A stretch of 36,128 nt of DNA, from positions 1 through 36,128 of the IMG/VR virus record IMGVR_UViG_2778261667_000013, one strand, 5' to 3'. The DNA is from a virus. Lineage: Duplodnaviria; Heunggongvirae; Uroviricota; Caudoviricetes. This document shows, piece after piece, positions 1 through 9,736 of the stretch (position 1 is the stretch's first letter; every line of letters begins with the position of its first letter). The notes beneath the pieces were generated by a model. It was not told the origin of the DNA, did no database searches, and worked only from the letters and a program-made list of their open reading frames with translations. The position numbers and the translations under genes are program-made.

Positions 1-579
1 CTAATTACTACTGGTCGCCATCGCTCGGATTGAGCGTAAATCATCCAGGTTGCTCAACCTCTCTTTCATCTCCCGCTGACGTTGATAAATCTCGTCGTTG
101 CGATCGACCTGCGCCTGCGCCATTGCTGCTGCCAGTTCTTCCAGTTCCGGCATCGACAGTTTCACCTGTTGATTATCGGCGTCACCCCACGCCATAACGT
201 CCCGCGCCGTGTCAGATTTCGCAGCCATTACCACAGGATAAAGACGGGCCATTGAGTCGGGGCCAGCATTCCAGGTACGACCGTTCCATTCGAACGTGAA
301 CGGCAGTGCTTCCTGTTTTGTTCGCCACGCCTCGATTTCCCGCTTTTTGGCATCTTTTGCCGCTGCGATAAGTTCAGGTGTGACTGTAAACGGGGCGATT
401 TCACCCCATTTGCCGCTCTGTAACTCTTCCCAGATGCGCTGGCCTGTCGGCGCAGTATCATCCTGCATGGCGGTATACGGGACGAATTCCGTTTCACCTT
501 CAAATAACACCTCGCAGTCAACCGCGCCATTTTCAAGATAATGCGCGTTTCTGATGCCTTTTACTGCTCTGATTTTCAT
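1..579 (-). CDS. tail fibre assembly protein (Tfa-like chaperone) of second fibre module
   Basis: 192 aa ORF directly downstream of the long fibre gene; size and position typical of Tfa chaperones; stop codon at window positions 1-3. Confidence 0.55.
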   Translation of the reverse strand: MKIRAVKGIRNAHYLENGAVDCEVLFEGETEFVPYTAMQDDTAPTGQRIWEELQSGKWGEIAPFTVTPELIAAAKDAKKREIEAWRTKQEALPFTFEWNGRTWNAGPDSMARLYPVVMAAKSDTARDVMAWGDADNQQVKLSMPELEELAAAMAQAQVDRNDEIYQRQREMKERLSNLDDLRSIRAMATSSN

Positions 580-593
580 GTTTTATTTCCTCG

Positions 594-2876
594 TTACTCG
601 ATGCGCACAAACAGGCAAATACGGGCTTCATTACCGTAAGAATCTCTTGCACCGGATAACGCCATATAACGCCCAGGAAATGTGTACCCGGTAGCCCCAA
701 CCTGTGGCGTTGAGCCGTACGACCCTATCCCCGTAGGTGCTGCGCACTTAATATTTACGGCCCCCAGACGCGAACCCGTCACCACATCACCAAGACCAAT
801 TTTGATTTCTTTATCCCCGGAAGTTGTTCCGCGATAAACGGCAAGCACCGGAACGCCAATACCCGGGTACTGAAAATAAGTTCCCGCCCCTGCCGTGGAC
901 GACAGATACTCGCTTAACATCTTTGGCGTCAGAGACAGATTTCTGACTGATGTCAGCCCCCATGTCACCACCCCGTCAACATATGCAGAGCTGTACTGTG
1001 CGTAAAAAACAGCCTGTTCAGAATTTGATTGATATCTGCTGTAAAAAAACAATCCCTTGTTGGTTTCTGCCGGATTACTGCTACTGCCCCCGGTCGGAAA
1101 AAGCACCACGTCAACAATCCCCATAAAAGAATCGCTGTCCGGAAATAAATTTGAATTGTACGAATAAACCAAATAACGCCCGTCAGTGGCGCTCGTTACC
1201 CACTCCAGGAATTTTTCATCGGAATTAAAATCAAGACGTTCGGACTGGCTGAACGCATAACCAAAACCAAAGGCACCAGGCAGTGCCAGCCTGCCCGGCG
1301 TGCGGTCGCGGATATCGCTCTGGGGTTCCATTGTCGCAGCCGCTTTCAGCTCAAGCTCCGTGCGCATGGCTTCTGTTGTGTCCAGTGCCAGTAATGCGCG
1401 GGCTTTTTCTGACAACTCTGCCAGTAAAATCCGGCCCCCTGCACTGAAATAAGGCAGCGTGTTTTCTTCCGGTGTTATCTGGCTGACAGCCGTTAACACG
1501 TCATTAAGCGGCTGTTTACCTGCCAGTGCATTAGTGACCGTTGTCGCAAAGTTCGGGTCATTACCCAGCGCCGCTGCCAGCTCGTTCAGCGTGTCGAGGG
1601 CTTCCGGTGACGAGCCAACCAGCGCAGCGAGCAGTTTGCGGACAAAAGCAGCATTCGCTGTTTCCAGACCGGCAGCATCATCCGGTGGTGTTGGTGTGGT
1701 TGGCGTACCTGTGAACGCCGGGCTGTCCAGTGGCGCTTTTGTTTTCGTCTCGTCCATGACGGTTTTGACGGCTTTTGCCGTGGCTGCCAGCTCTTCGCTG
1801 GCGTTGTCAGTGTCACTACAGAGCTGTACCAGGCCTTTTTCTGTCGTGGTGGCATTGGTTCCCTTCAGGTCATCAACTATCCGTTGCGCCTCGTCCCTGT
1901 GCTGTTTCGCTTCCTGCGCATTGCCTGCGCTCGCATCCTGGCTGACCTTCGCCTGCCGGGCATATTCGGCAGCGTTATTTTCATGGCCCAGCGCAACATT
2001 TGCCGCATTTTCTGCACTGGTCGCAGCCGAAGACGCAGCTTCCTTATACTGGCTGGCGCGTTCGGCTGCATCAACCGATTCATCCCGCGCCACCCCTGAT
2101 GTCTGTGCACTGTTTTCTGCCTCATTCGCAAAACGTTCCGCATCATCACGGGCTGTTGTGGTGGCTTCTGCGTCCTGTGCGGTTTGCTGTGCGATTTCTG
2201 CTGCACTATCCGCGTGGCTTTTTGCATCCTGCTCGCTCAGGGCGGCGTTATCTGCATTGTTTTTTGATTCCTCTGCGCTGGATGCAGAATCATCTGCTGC
2301 CTGTTTAGCCTGCTTTACTGCATCTGTAACACTCTGCACCCCCTCCTGTACCTGCCCGGCGTTCAGCTCAACTTCTGAGGCCAGCTGTTCAACGCGCTGT
2401 TTGCTGGCTGCTACAGTTTCTGCATTCTGCTGAACATTATCTGCCAGCGTCTGGCAGTCGCTCTTAATTTGTTGCACATCAGCGACATGTTGCCCGGCCT
2501 GTCGTTCGCTTTCCGCTGCCGCTTCCGCGCTCTGCTGCGCCTGCGCCACCATTTCCTCGAAGCGTTTCACCACGTCGGGTTTGAGGTCGCCTTCATCGGG
2601 GGCGGTCAGAAAATCATTCAGTGTGCCGGGCTTTGAGTCATCGTATACAGCGATATCACCCACGCAGCACTTGGGGCCGTTCTTTTGCTTGATGTGTACG
2701 GTGTATTTGCCTTTTTGCGCTTCAAATGCATACTGTCCCGCCGCATCGGTTTCAATAATCGCGAATGATTCAGTGACCACCTCACTGGTATTAACCAGTG
2801 CATCTAAATAAATTTTGCATTCCGCCATCGGAACGCCAGCGCCATTAATAAGCGCGCCTGAGATTAATACAGACAT
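594..2876 (-). CDS. long tail fibre protein, lambda Stf-like N-terminal and central regions with a distinct C-terminal domain
   Basis: 760 aa; N-terminus resembles prophage side-tail-fibre N-terminal domain; long Ala/Gln/Glu-rich coiled-coil segment; conserved block ...KGLVQLCSDTDNASEELAATAKAVK...LNELAAALGNDPNFATTVTNALAGKQP...; own RBS (GAGG) after a terminator. Confidence 0.75.
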   Translation of the reverse strand: MSVLISGALINGAGVPMAECKIYLDALVNTSEVVTESFAIIETDAAGQYAFEAQKGKYTVHIKQKNGPKCCVGDIAVYDDSKPGTLNDFLTAPDEGDLKPDVVKRFEEMVAQAQQSAEAAAESERQAGQHVADVQQIKSDCQTLADNVQQNAETVAASKQRVEQLASEVELNAGQVQEGVQSVTDAVKQAKQAADDSASSAEESKNNADNAALSEQDAKSHADSAAEIAQQTAQDAEATTTARDDAERFANEAENSAQTSGVARDESVDAAERASQYKEAASSAATSAENAANVALGHENNAAEYARQAKVSQDASAGNAQEAKQHRDEAQRIVDDLKGTNATTTEKGLVQLCSDTDNASEELAATAKAVKTVMDETKTKAPLDSPAFTGTPTTPTPPDDAAGLETANAAFVRKLLAALVGSSPEALDTLNELAAALGNDPNFATTVTNALAGKQPLNDVLTAVSQITPEENTLPYFSAGGRILLAELSEKARALLALDTTEAMRTELELKAAATMEPQSDIRDRTPGRLALPGAFGFGYAFSQSERLDFNSDEKFLEWVTSATDGRYLVYSYNSNLFPDSDSFMGIVDVVLFPTGGSSSNPAETNKGLFFYSRYQSNSEQAVFYAQYSSAYVDGVVTWGLTSVRNLSLTPKMLSEYLSSTAGAGTYFQYPGIGVPVLAVYRGTTSGDKEIKIGLGDVVTGSRLGAVNIKCAAPTGIGSYGSTPQVGATGYTFPGRYMALSGARDSYGNEARICLFVRIE

Positions 2877-2888
2877 AAAACCTCTGAA

Positions 2889-2914
2889 TGATAAAAAGCC
2901 GCCTGCGGGCGGCT
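2889..2914 (-). terminator. rho-independent terminator between the two tail-fibre modules
   Basis: Minus-strand hairpin AGCCGCCCGCAGGCGGCT (7 bp GC stem) followed by TTTTTAT, just after the Tfa stop at 2922; coordinates approximate. Confidence 0.6.
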
Positions 2915-2921
2915 GTCTGAT

Positions 2922-3497
2922 TTATTCAAAGTCTGACCAGTCAATATCTGGCGCGTTTTCCGGTTGAATGCGATTTAACTTTATTCGTAATTTCCTGAGG
3001 GCTGTCAGCTGTTCCTGTTCTTCTGGCGTCGCTTCACCAAAATCAACGGCATCCTGTAAAACGGCGATTTGCTCTCCCATCTGTTTAAGCAGACCCGCTT
3101 TCTTCTCTGCCGCCTGATTTATCAGCGCATTACGCCTGGCTTCTTCATCTGTCACCCACTGACTGCCATTCCAGCGTTGGTATTCGCCATCAGGAGAAAC
3201 AGAAGTCACATTTTCAGGAAGGCTTCCCAGTTCAGACACTGTTACAGCTACTCCGGTTTCTGTTGAATAAACCGTTTTCCCTCGGTGGTCTTCCATCAGA
3301 TGCCATTTCATTTCATCAGCATTAAACACGGCAGCAAAACCCGCCGGAATATCAGGAGGCGCAATATCTGTTGAATTAGCTGGCAGACCTGTATGAGGTG
3401 GAATATATGCGTCGCTTTCGCCAATAAATTCATTTGTGCCATCGAGATAATTAAATACACGAATGGTTTGTGCTTCTGCACTCATTTTGAAAGTCAT
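2922..3497 (-). CDS. tail fibre assembly protein (Mu U-like / TfaE-like)
   Basis: 191 aa; N-terminal block [40 protein letters not shown] and ...QRWNGSQWV... typical of Tfa chaperones; start overlaps fibre stop (ATGA at 3497). Confidence 0.8.
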   Translation of the reverse strand: MTFKMSAEAQTIRVFNYLDGTNEFIGESDAYIPPHTGLPANSTDIAPPDIPAGFAAVFNADEMKWHLMEDHRGKTVYSTETGVAVTVSELGSLPENVTSVSPDGEYQRWNGSQWVTDEEARRNALINQAAEKKAGLLKQMGEQIAVLQDAVDFGEATPEEQEQLTALRKLRIKLNRIQPENAPDIDWSDFE

Positions 3498-4483
3498 TAT
3501 GCCAGCCTCACAATATAGTTATATGCAATGTTTTTTACGGTGTTTTCCGCATTACCAGTAGCGTTAACCGTGATGGTATGTCCGTGCGCACCCAATGCCA
3601 CAGTGTGTGCATGGGCACCAATACCTACGGTGTGGTTATGTGCCCCAATGTCGACTGTATGTGCATGATTGCCTGATGCACTTGTAGTCGTAGCACCTTT
3701 ATCACTTCGGGGAACACCATAATCTGCACCGCCTGATTGCACGCTCACAGCAAAGCCAACGGTATGTGTATGATTTCCCGTATTGTTCGTTGATTTTGTG
3801 CCGTGGTTAAACGTGCTGACTGTCTTCGTGCCGTAATCAAATGAGCTGGTCGTTTTAGTACCGAGGTCAGTATTTGATGCGCTGGCACTGTGGGTGTGCG
3901 ACTTGATGCCATCCTGTTCCTGAGACAATACGGCACGCCCACTGGCAGGCTTACCCTTAATTGTCCAGCCGCGCATATCAGGAATAACCCCGGACGGATA
4001 GGCAGCCGCAAGTTTAGGGTAAGAGCCTTTATCAAAACTTTGCCCCTGCATTAAGGCATAACCGGATGGCACAGAATCAGATGGCCACGGGATTGGTGTC
4101 CCGACCGGTAAAGCAGTGCTCTGTAACTCTGTAATTTTTTCTGCTAACGCCTTTATTGCCTTTGGCGTGGCTGCCAGCTCTTCTGAGTCACTGTCTGTTG
4201 CGCTACTGAGCTGAACGATGCCTTTCTTCGTTAATGATGCGTCAGGAACTTTTTTCCCGACATATAAAGCCAGCGCCTCAACCAGTTGATTCTGTTTTTT
4301 CGGGTCCGGGTTTACACCGGCCTCTTTAAGGACGTTAATCACCTCCTGCTGCAAATCGCGCGTTGCTGCCTGATGATTATTCATATATTCAGCGTAAACG
4401 ATGGTTCCCTCAATTCCCTGAGTCGGGTCACCATCATGAAACAATTGATCCGGCGTATTCACCGGAGGCATTAAATTCTGCAT
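3497..4483 (-). CDS. short tail fibre protein (Mu S-like) with His-rich C-terminal tip
   Basis: 328 aa; conserved fibre motif [26 protein letters not shown]; C-terminus ...[72 protein letters not shown]... with repeated GAHxHTV units, as in lambda Stf-type fibre tips. Confidence 0.8.
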   Translation of the reverse strand: MQNLMPPVNTPDQLFHDGDPTQGIEGTIVYAEYMNNHQAATRDLQQEVINVLKEAGVNPDPKKQNQLVEALALYVGKKVPDASLTKKGIVQLSSATDSDSEELAATPKAIKALAEKITELQSTALPVGTPIPWPSDSVPSGYALMQGQSFDKGSYPKLAAAYPSGVIPDMRGWTIKGKPASGRAVLSQEQDGIKSHTHSASASNTDLGTKTTSSFDYGTKTVSTFNHGTKSTNNTGNHTHTVGFAVSVQSGGADYGVPRSDKGATTTSASGNHAHTVDIGAHNHTVGIGAHAHTVALGAHGHTITVNATGNAENTVKNIAYNYIVRLA

Positions 4484-5055
4484 TACTGCTTATCCTCATA
4501 CGTGAAATAACAGTCTGTAAAAGCCGGTTTAAGGTCTTTAAATGTGTTTTCTAAAATGGATTCACCAAAGGCCGTCAGCGGCTCGCCGGTTGCCGATGCC
4601 CCCGTTCTGAAACGGTAGACCGGCGTTTTTGTTCCGATAACATTGACCTGCCATGCCCAGCGGATTTCCGGTATCAGCAGACGGTCGCCGCAGCGGTTTA
4701 TCCCCACCCGGAATGGTCGCGGCTCCGTAATGGTGATGGTATAGCCCAGGCTGGCGGCAAGGCTCTTAAAGTAAGGGATTGACAGCCCGCCTGTGGCTGC
4801 CATTTTTACCAGGATATTCTGCCGCCGCTCCTGTTGTGTGGCACCTTCACGGGGGACAACACCGTACACGCGCTCCCAGTCGGACAGCGTCATCGATGCC
4901 TGCAACGGGGTGATTTGTGCCAGAACGCTCGCCGCTGATGCCTTCACGGCCTCCATGACGTCAGCCTCGGCTGCCAGCTCTGCAGAAATATAATTCCCGT
5001 TCGGGTCATAACTGACAGGCGGCAGCATGGCGCGAAATAAATCGACCATATTCAT
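4483..5055 (-). CDS. tail/baseplate protein (Mu R / gp48-like)
   Basis: 190 aa ORF between baseplate J-like gene and tail fibre, matching Mu gp48 position; assignment by synteny and general resemblance. Confidence 0.55.
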   Translation of the reverse strand: MNMVDLFRAMLPPVSYDPNGNYISAELAAEADVMEAVKASAASVLAQITPLQASMTLSDWERVYGVVPREGATQQERRQNILVKMAATGGLSIPYFKSLAASLGYTITITEPRPFRVGINRCGDRLLIPEIRWAWQVNVIGTKTPVYRFRTGASATGEPLTAFGESILENTFKDLKPAFTDCYFTYEDKQ

Positions 5056-5058
5056 GAA

Positions 5059-6138
5059 TCACCCCTCACGCGGAAAAGACTGAATATCAATATTTCCCGG
5101 GCGCAGCCATTCCCACGTTGACGCGTTAATAATGGCTTTTACGTTGTCTGCAGGCGTAACGATTCGCCGGTCACTCACGCCGGAAATGAGTGAAATCTGG
5201 GTTTCCAGTTGTGAAATAATTAATTCTTGCCCCGGCTCCAGTCGGTTCATAAAATCCGTGATAACGTCAGTTATCTGCGGTTTTATCTGCTCAACGGTCA
5301 GGCCGCTGGTTTTTACCCGGACAACGAAATCAACGGCTTTTTTCGTCGGGGCCAGTACCATCGTGTCCTTCGCTGTAACCGGGCGGACTTCCTCAATATG
5401 TGCCAGCACGGCATTAATCAGTTCCTGAGAGGGAAGATCATTAGCTGACGTAATGGCCACATCAACCGTCCCCAGTCCACGACGCAACGGCTCCACATAC
5501 GCAGACGTAACGCCATCCACTTCCAGCGCCCAGCGTTTGTAATCATATTTGTTACCGCCAGCGGGCGGCCTGCGCAGAATATCCAGATAACGCGCCAGCA
5601 GGTCGGCGTCGCTTTCCCTGTCCGTTCCGCCGGTCAGGGATTTAATCGTCACCGTGCTGTTGATGCCTTCCGGCGGGCTGACCAGCGTTGCCGTCTGCGT
5701 CGTGGATGCATTCGTCTGTGCCCCCGTGGCGGTGCTTTTTACCGTCACCTCCGCGCTGCCTTCATCACCGATGGTGCAGTCTGCTGTGGTGGCCACGCTG
5801 ACACCTTCACCACGAATTTCCGCACCGGCTGGCAGCGTCTTACCGGGTGTGCCGGTAATCACTACCGGACCGGATGAGGCTGTTGCTTTTTTACGAAAAA
5901 CATTGCGCGTGCGACAGTGCAGCTCCAGATATTCAGGGTCTGCCGTGTCAGGAAACACCTGACGGAGTATCCACCCCTGATGCATATAAAGCCCGTCAGC
6001 CACGCCGGATACGGCATTTGCACGAATGCGGTAATCGCTGTCAGCGCCGGTGTCTATGGTTTCTCCCGGCAGGGCGTTAGCGATATCACGTAGCTGGCGT
6101 TCTGTGTTTTCAGCAACGCCCGGAACAGGAAACGGCAT
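5059..6138 (-). CDS. baseplate J-like protein (Mu W / gp47-like)
   Basis: 359 aa; size, position and sequence character of baseplate J family; precedes gp48-like and fibre genes. Confidence 0.7.
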   Translation of the reverse strand: MPFPVPGVAENTERQLRDIANALPGETIDTGADSDYRIRANAVSGVADGLYMHQGWILRQVFPDTADPEYLELHCRTRNVFRKKATASSGPVVITGTPGKTLPAGAEIRGEGVSVATTADCTIGDEGSAEVTVKSTATGAQTNASTTQTATLVSPPEGINSTVTIKSLTGGTDRESDADLLARYLDILRRPPAGGNKYDYKRWALEVDGVTSAYVEPLRRGLGTVDVAITSANDLPSQELINAVLAHIEEVRPVTAKDTMVLAPTKKAVDFVVRVKTSGLTVEQIKPQITDVITDFMNRLEPGQELIISQLETQISLISGVSDRRIVTPADNVKAIINASTWEWLRPGNIDIQSFPREG

Positions 6139-6488
6139 TACATAATCCTCACAGGGTGTTCAAACGTCTGCGGTGTGCCCGCGTTATCCGTGACGGTGAT
6201 TAACAGCAACAGCCAGCCGCGCTGGCCCGCTTTCGTGTCAACGGTAATGGATTTTGCCCGCCCGTCATTGAGCAGTGGCTGAAGTGCCTGGCTGGCATAC
6301 TGCGCCGCCAGTCTGTGAACACGGGGAACGTCTTTTTCCCGCTTCAGCTCGTGCAGGCGTGACCCCAGCGACGCATCCGCCCAGTAACTGCCAAGCGGTG
6401 TCGCCAGTCGCAGATAAACCGCGTTATGGAGTGTGTAAATCCGGCGGCGTTCGTAGTCGCCGGTTGCAGGTGAAATCGTCTGGTCCAT
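6138..6488 (-). CDS. baseplate protein (Mu V / gp46-like)
   Basis: 116 aa, ATGA overlap with downstream J-like gene; synteny with Mu gp46. Confidence 0.55.
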   Translation of the reverse strand: MDQTISPATGDYERRRIYTLHNAVYLRLATPLGSYWADASLGSRLHELKREKDVPRVHRLAAQYASQALQPLLNDGRAKSITVDTKAGQRGWLLLLITVTDNAGTPQTFEHPVRIM

Positions 6489-6526
6489 GCCGCCAGTCTG
6501 GCAGCATGGACAGGTCAGAATCAGGT

Positions 6527-6541
6527 GAGGGTGTTCAGCAC
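6527..6541 (-). promoter_or_regulatory. conserved motif GGGTGTTCAGCACCC-like, site 1 (between gp45-like and gp46-like genes)
   Basis: gagggtgttcagcac on the plus strand, ~40 nt upstream of the gp46-like start; coordinates approximate. Confidence 0.4.
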
Positions 6542-7195
6542 TTAATTAACCGGCGTGTCAGACATGCCGTGTGGGGTTGGGTGTTTGTGTGTTCCGATTT
6601 TAACGCCATTAATGGTGACGTCAACGGAGGTAAGCACACCACCTACATGGTTGATGTTGCCTTCAAAAGTGGCGGCGTATTCCTTGCCCCCACTGATGGC
6701 CATGCCACCGTTGCCGGTGATTTTACCTTCCACCGTCAGCTTATCGCTGGCCGTCAGTAACGGTGTCGTGAATGCGGCGTTCTCCTCTGCCTCAACCTCA
6801 TAGCGTTTGCATTTCACCCGGTAAACGTCACATTCTGTTTCAATAATCCGCCCGCGCTTCAGTACGATTTTTGCGCCTTCGTCGGTATACAGGGCCACCT
6901 CGCCGGGTTTCAGTTCCGTCAGGCGATATGCGCCGTGCTCTGTGGCCACGACGACGGTATGGGAGGTATTGCCGTTCAGCGGAACGGCAATACCCATTGA
7001 GCCGGGCGGCGGGGATGTGGTGAGGCCGTAATGCTGAAAATACTCCGCACCGTCCAGCTGTTCGCCTGCCAGCCCGTTCAACTGAAGCAACTGTACTTTG
7101 GTCGAACTGTCCACCGTACCGGTCACCACCCTGAATGCCTGGCGAACGGCGGACAGCGCCTGCTGTATGCGCTGATTAATCTTGTCCCACATCAT
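6542..7195 (-). CDS. baseplate assembly/spike protein (Mu Q / gp45-like, V-family)
   Basis: 217 aa; position between P-like and gp46-like genes; 4-nt overlap with upstream gene. Confidence 0.65.
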   Translation of the reverse strand: MMWDKINQRIQQALSAVRQAFRVVTGTVDSSTKVQLLQLNGLAGEQLDGAEYFQHYGLTTSPPPGSMGIAVPLNGNTSHTVVVATEHGAYRLTELKPGEVALYTDEGAKIVLKRGRIIETECDVYRVKCKRYEVEAEENAAFTTPLLTASDKLTVEGKITGNGGMAISGGKEYAATFEGNINHVGGVLTSVDVTINGVKIGTHKHPTPHGMSDTPVN

Positions 7196-8403
7196 TTCTC
7201 CCAGACCTTAACAATGGCGACCTCTTTTTTCTTTTTGCCCCTGCGGTGATGGCGTTTCTTCTCGCGCGGGAAGGCGTCAGGTATCCACACGCCGTCCTCC
7301 TTAAAGCGGAGCCGGGTTGTCTTCCCGTTACGGCCTCCGCTGAACTCACGCCCCATCAGGAAAAAGATGGCGTCGATGCCGTGGGGTTCGCTGACAATCC
7401 GCACACGCTGGCCGGGCTGCCACAGGACACCGTCCGCCGTGCGATGACCTGCAACCAGTGCGACGATATCCAGCCCCGACAGACGGGCATCACTCATCAT
7501 TTTTTTGGCGCGCCAGTTCACCTGCTCCAGGTTGCTGGTGTCACCCTGAGTGATAATCTGCGGGCGGTAATAATCCACGGTGGGGTCGGTGGCCACAGCT
7601 TTCATGTTATGAATGCCTGTCTGGCCATTGTCCGTATTACCGCCGTCCCGCCCGGATAATGTGCGCACGCTGCCGTCCTCGTTCCAGATATCCAGTGGCA
7701 CTGTGGCCAGCTGCTTTTTGCTGTCTGCGCGGCGGGCGTGGCTCTGTGCCAGCACTGTAAGTTCGGAGAAGCAGCCGTTAATGGACCGGGTATCATCCAG
7801 CTCCATCACGTTGTTCCCGGTGCCGTCCAGCTTCAGAATCAGCGTATCCACCGGCGTGGTGGTGTAGTCAGGGCCACCCACAACCAGCGTCCCGTCAGGC
7901 TCAAACCACGGCCATAAGCCGCGACCGGCGGCAGCTTTAGCCAGTGCATCCCACGCACGCATCCCCGGCTCTATAACGACCTTGTCATTACGTGACACAC
8001 CGGACGCCTGAATACGAATGCGCTGTATCCCCAGCGGTCTGACTATCCTGTCGATGACCTCGTCCAGTGTCAGCTGGTTGGCGCTGAACACCGGCGCGGC
8101 ACAGTCCACCAGAATGGCGGCATCATCACGCCCGGACAGCGTCAGCGTGCAGCTCTGACGGGATACACTGCGGCGCACGCTGTCCACGCGACCACTGAGC
8201 ACCGTTTCGTCTCCCACCTGCAACCGGACTGGCGCACCCCGGACGATATCCGCCGGGAACACCTTTTCAGGCAGTCCCAACTGAAGCTGCCAGCCGTCGG
8301 CAGCTTTCAGGAAATCACTGTCAATACGGTAACTGCTCCAGTCAGAATGCGACCTTCCGGCAATGACCAGACTGATTTTGTCGTCGTTATTTTGCGTAGG
8401 CAT
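7192..8403 (-). CDS. tail protein (Mu P / gp44-like)
   Basis: 403 aa; follows N-like gene with 17-nt overlap; synteny with Mu P. Confidence 0.6.
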   Translation of the reverse strand: MPTQNNDDKISLVIAGRSHSDWSSYRIDSDFLKAADGWQLQLGLPEKVFPADIVRGAPVRLQVGDETVLSGRVDSVRRSVSRQSCTLTLSGRDDAAILVDCAAPVFSANQLTLDEVIDRIVRPLGIQRIRIQASGVSRNDKVVIEPGMRAWDALAKAAAGRGLWPWFEPDGTLVVGGPDYTTTPVDTLILKLDGTGNNVMELDDTRSINGCFSELTVLAQSHARRADSKKQLATVPLDIWNEDGSVRTLSGRDGGNTDNGQTGIHNMKAVATDPTVDYYRPQIITQGDTSNLEQVNWRAKKMMSDARLSGLDIVALVAGHRTADGVLWQPGQRVRIVSEPHGIDAIFFLMGREFSGGRNGKTTRLRFKEDGVWIPDAFPREKKRHHRRGKKKKEVAIVKVWEK

Positions 8404-9736
8404 TAATCATCATCCCGGCGGTTATGTTGTTCGGGTCGCGCAGCTGCGGGTTCAGACGTTGCAGCTCTGCCGCACGGCTGTAATCGCCGTACCACTGCCA
8501 CGCCAGCAACAGCAGACAGCTGTCCGCCTGTACCTGTTTCTGCGTCAGCGGTGGGCGGCGTGAAAGCACCAGCAGGCCGACATCCTGCACGGATGCCGCC
8601 ACGTTCTTCATGCTCTGAATGATTTCCGGGTACATCAGCCCCAGCGGTGATGCGGTTTCGGTTATCCGTTCGCGTTCGCCTTCATAGCGTTCACGGAACA
8701 GCGTGATGGCGGCCTGTAAGCGGGTGCGCACATCCCCGACCAGTCGCCCGATATCCGCCGGTATAAGCTGTTCTGACTGGGCTTCATCGGACAGTATCGC
8801 CGTCGCCACGCTGGCCAGCTCTGAGGCCGCCAGAACCGCATAAGCCGCTTTCACGTCCTGTACGTCTTCCACGGACGCATCCGGCGGAAGTGCCACAGAC
8901 GGCGTTTTATCACCGCTGACCAGTGCGACCGGCAGCGCGACCAGCTCATCCATATCTGCCATCACCTCATTCCAGCAGGTCATCACTGTCGCAGAACTGG
9001 CGACGCTGTCTTCTCCGGTCAGTCCGGTCGTGGTGGCGGAATCAGTACGTTCCAGCACCGGCACCGCGTGCCCGACATCTGACGTGTGGATTTCCAGCAC
9101 CTCTGCCAGCCCGCCAATAAATTTCCCGGGTTCGCTGGCCAGCGACATCATATTGTCGATGGATGAGAGAAAATCGCTTTTGAACGTCAGCAGGGTATTT
9201 ACCAGTGTGGCGCGCACTGTCTGGATTTTTTTAATCACGCTGTTAATGGTCTTTAAAGGGGCTGTAACAGCGTCAAATAATTCGCTTAACTGTGCCAGTA
9301 ACTTATCCAGTTCTTCAAATAACTGCTGTGCAAACAACTCCGGTAACGGGGTGCTGAACAACGCGCTGCCGGTGCGGTTCTCCAGAAAACTCATGTCGAT
9401 GGTGCAGCTGTCCGGGCTTTCTGCGTCATGGCGGATGCTGTAGCCGGTCACAATCACCGACGGTACGGAGCCGTAAACCGGGTGAATCAGCTCACCATCG
9501 CCGCCTTCGTCCAGGGCGGCGATCAGCTTTTCAAGTTTATATTCGTAATACTCCCCCCACAGGAACGCCGTCATGCGGAACGGTCGCGCCTTGCGTCCGA
9601 GGTCGTGCAAATCCGCCCCGTCAACAAACGGGTATTCATAGACCGCATGGTCGCGGCTGATTTGTTCGTCCGTGTTCAGTACATCAAACTGCACGCCACG
9701 AAAGGAGGCGTTTTGCAGGTTTTCAGCCCAGCCCAT
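8387..9736 (-). CDS. DNA circularisation protein N-like tail protein (Mu gp43-like)
   Basis: 449 aa immediately downstream of tape measure (ATGA overlap at 9736); N-terminus MGWAENLQNASFRGVQFDVLNTDEQISRDHAVYEYPFVDGADLHDLGRKARPF typical of this family. Confidence 0.7.
   Translation of the reverse strand: MGWAENLQNASFRGVQFDVLNTDEQISRDHAVYEYPFVDGADLHDLGRKARPFRMTAFLWGEYYEYKLEKLIAALDEGGDGELIHPVYGSVPSVIVTGYSIRHDAESPDSCTIDMSFLENRTGSALFSTPLPELFAQQLFEELDKLLAQLSELFDAVTAPLKTINSVIKKIQTVRATLVNTLLTFKSDFLSSIDNMMSLASEPGKFIGGLAEVLEIHTSDVGHAVPVLERTDSATTTGLTGEDSVASSATVMTCWNEVMADMDELVALPVALVSGDKTPSVALPPDASVEDVQDVKAAYAVLAASELASVATAILSDEAQSEQLIPADIGRLVGDVRTRLQAAITLFRERYEGERERITETASPLGLMYPEIIQSMKNVAASVQDVGLLVLSRRPPLTQKQVQADSCLLLLAWQWYGDYSRAAELQRLNPQLRDPNNITAGMMINAYAK

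Noticed and set aside
1459-2433. Plus-strand ORFs (324 aa at 1459..2433, plus 1884..2099 and 2000..2308) and minus-strand out-of-frame ORFs 1586..1855 and 1877..2227 overlapping the long tail-fibre gene
   Set aside because: They lie antisense or out of frame within the Ala/Gln/Glu-rich coiled-coil coding region of a well-supported fibre gene; low-complexity Ser/Ala/Arg-rich translations typical of compositional artefacts.
1-4483. Interpretation of the two fibre modules as the two states of a Mu G-type invertible segment
   Set aside because: Inversion systems put the alternative 3' fibre segment and chaperone on the opposite strand without their own N-terminus; here module 2 is a complete gene on the same strand after a terminator, and no invertase or inverted repeats are visible.
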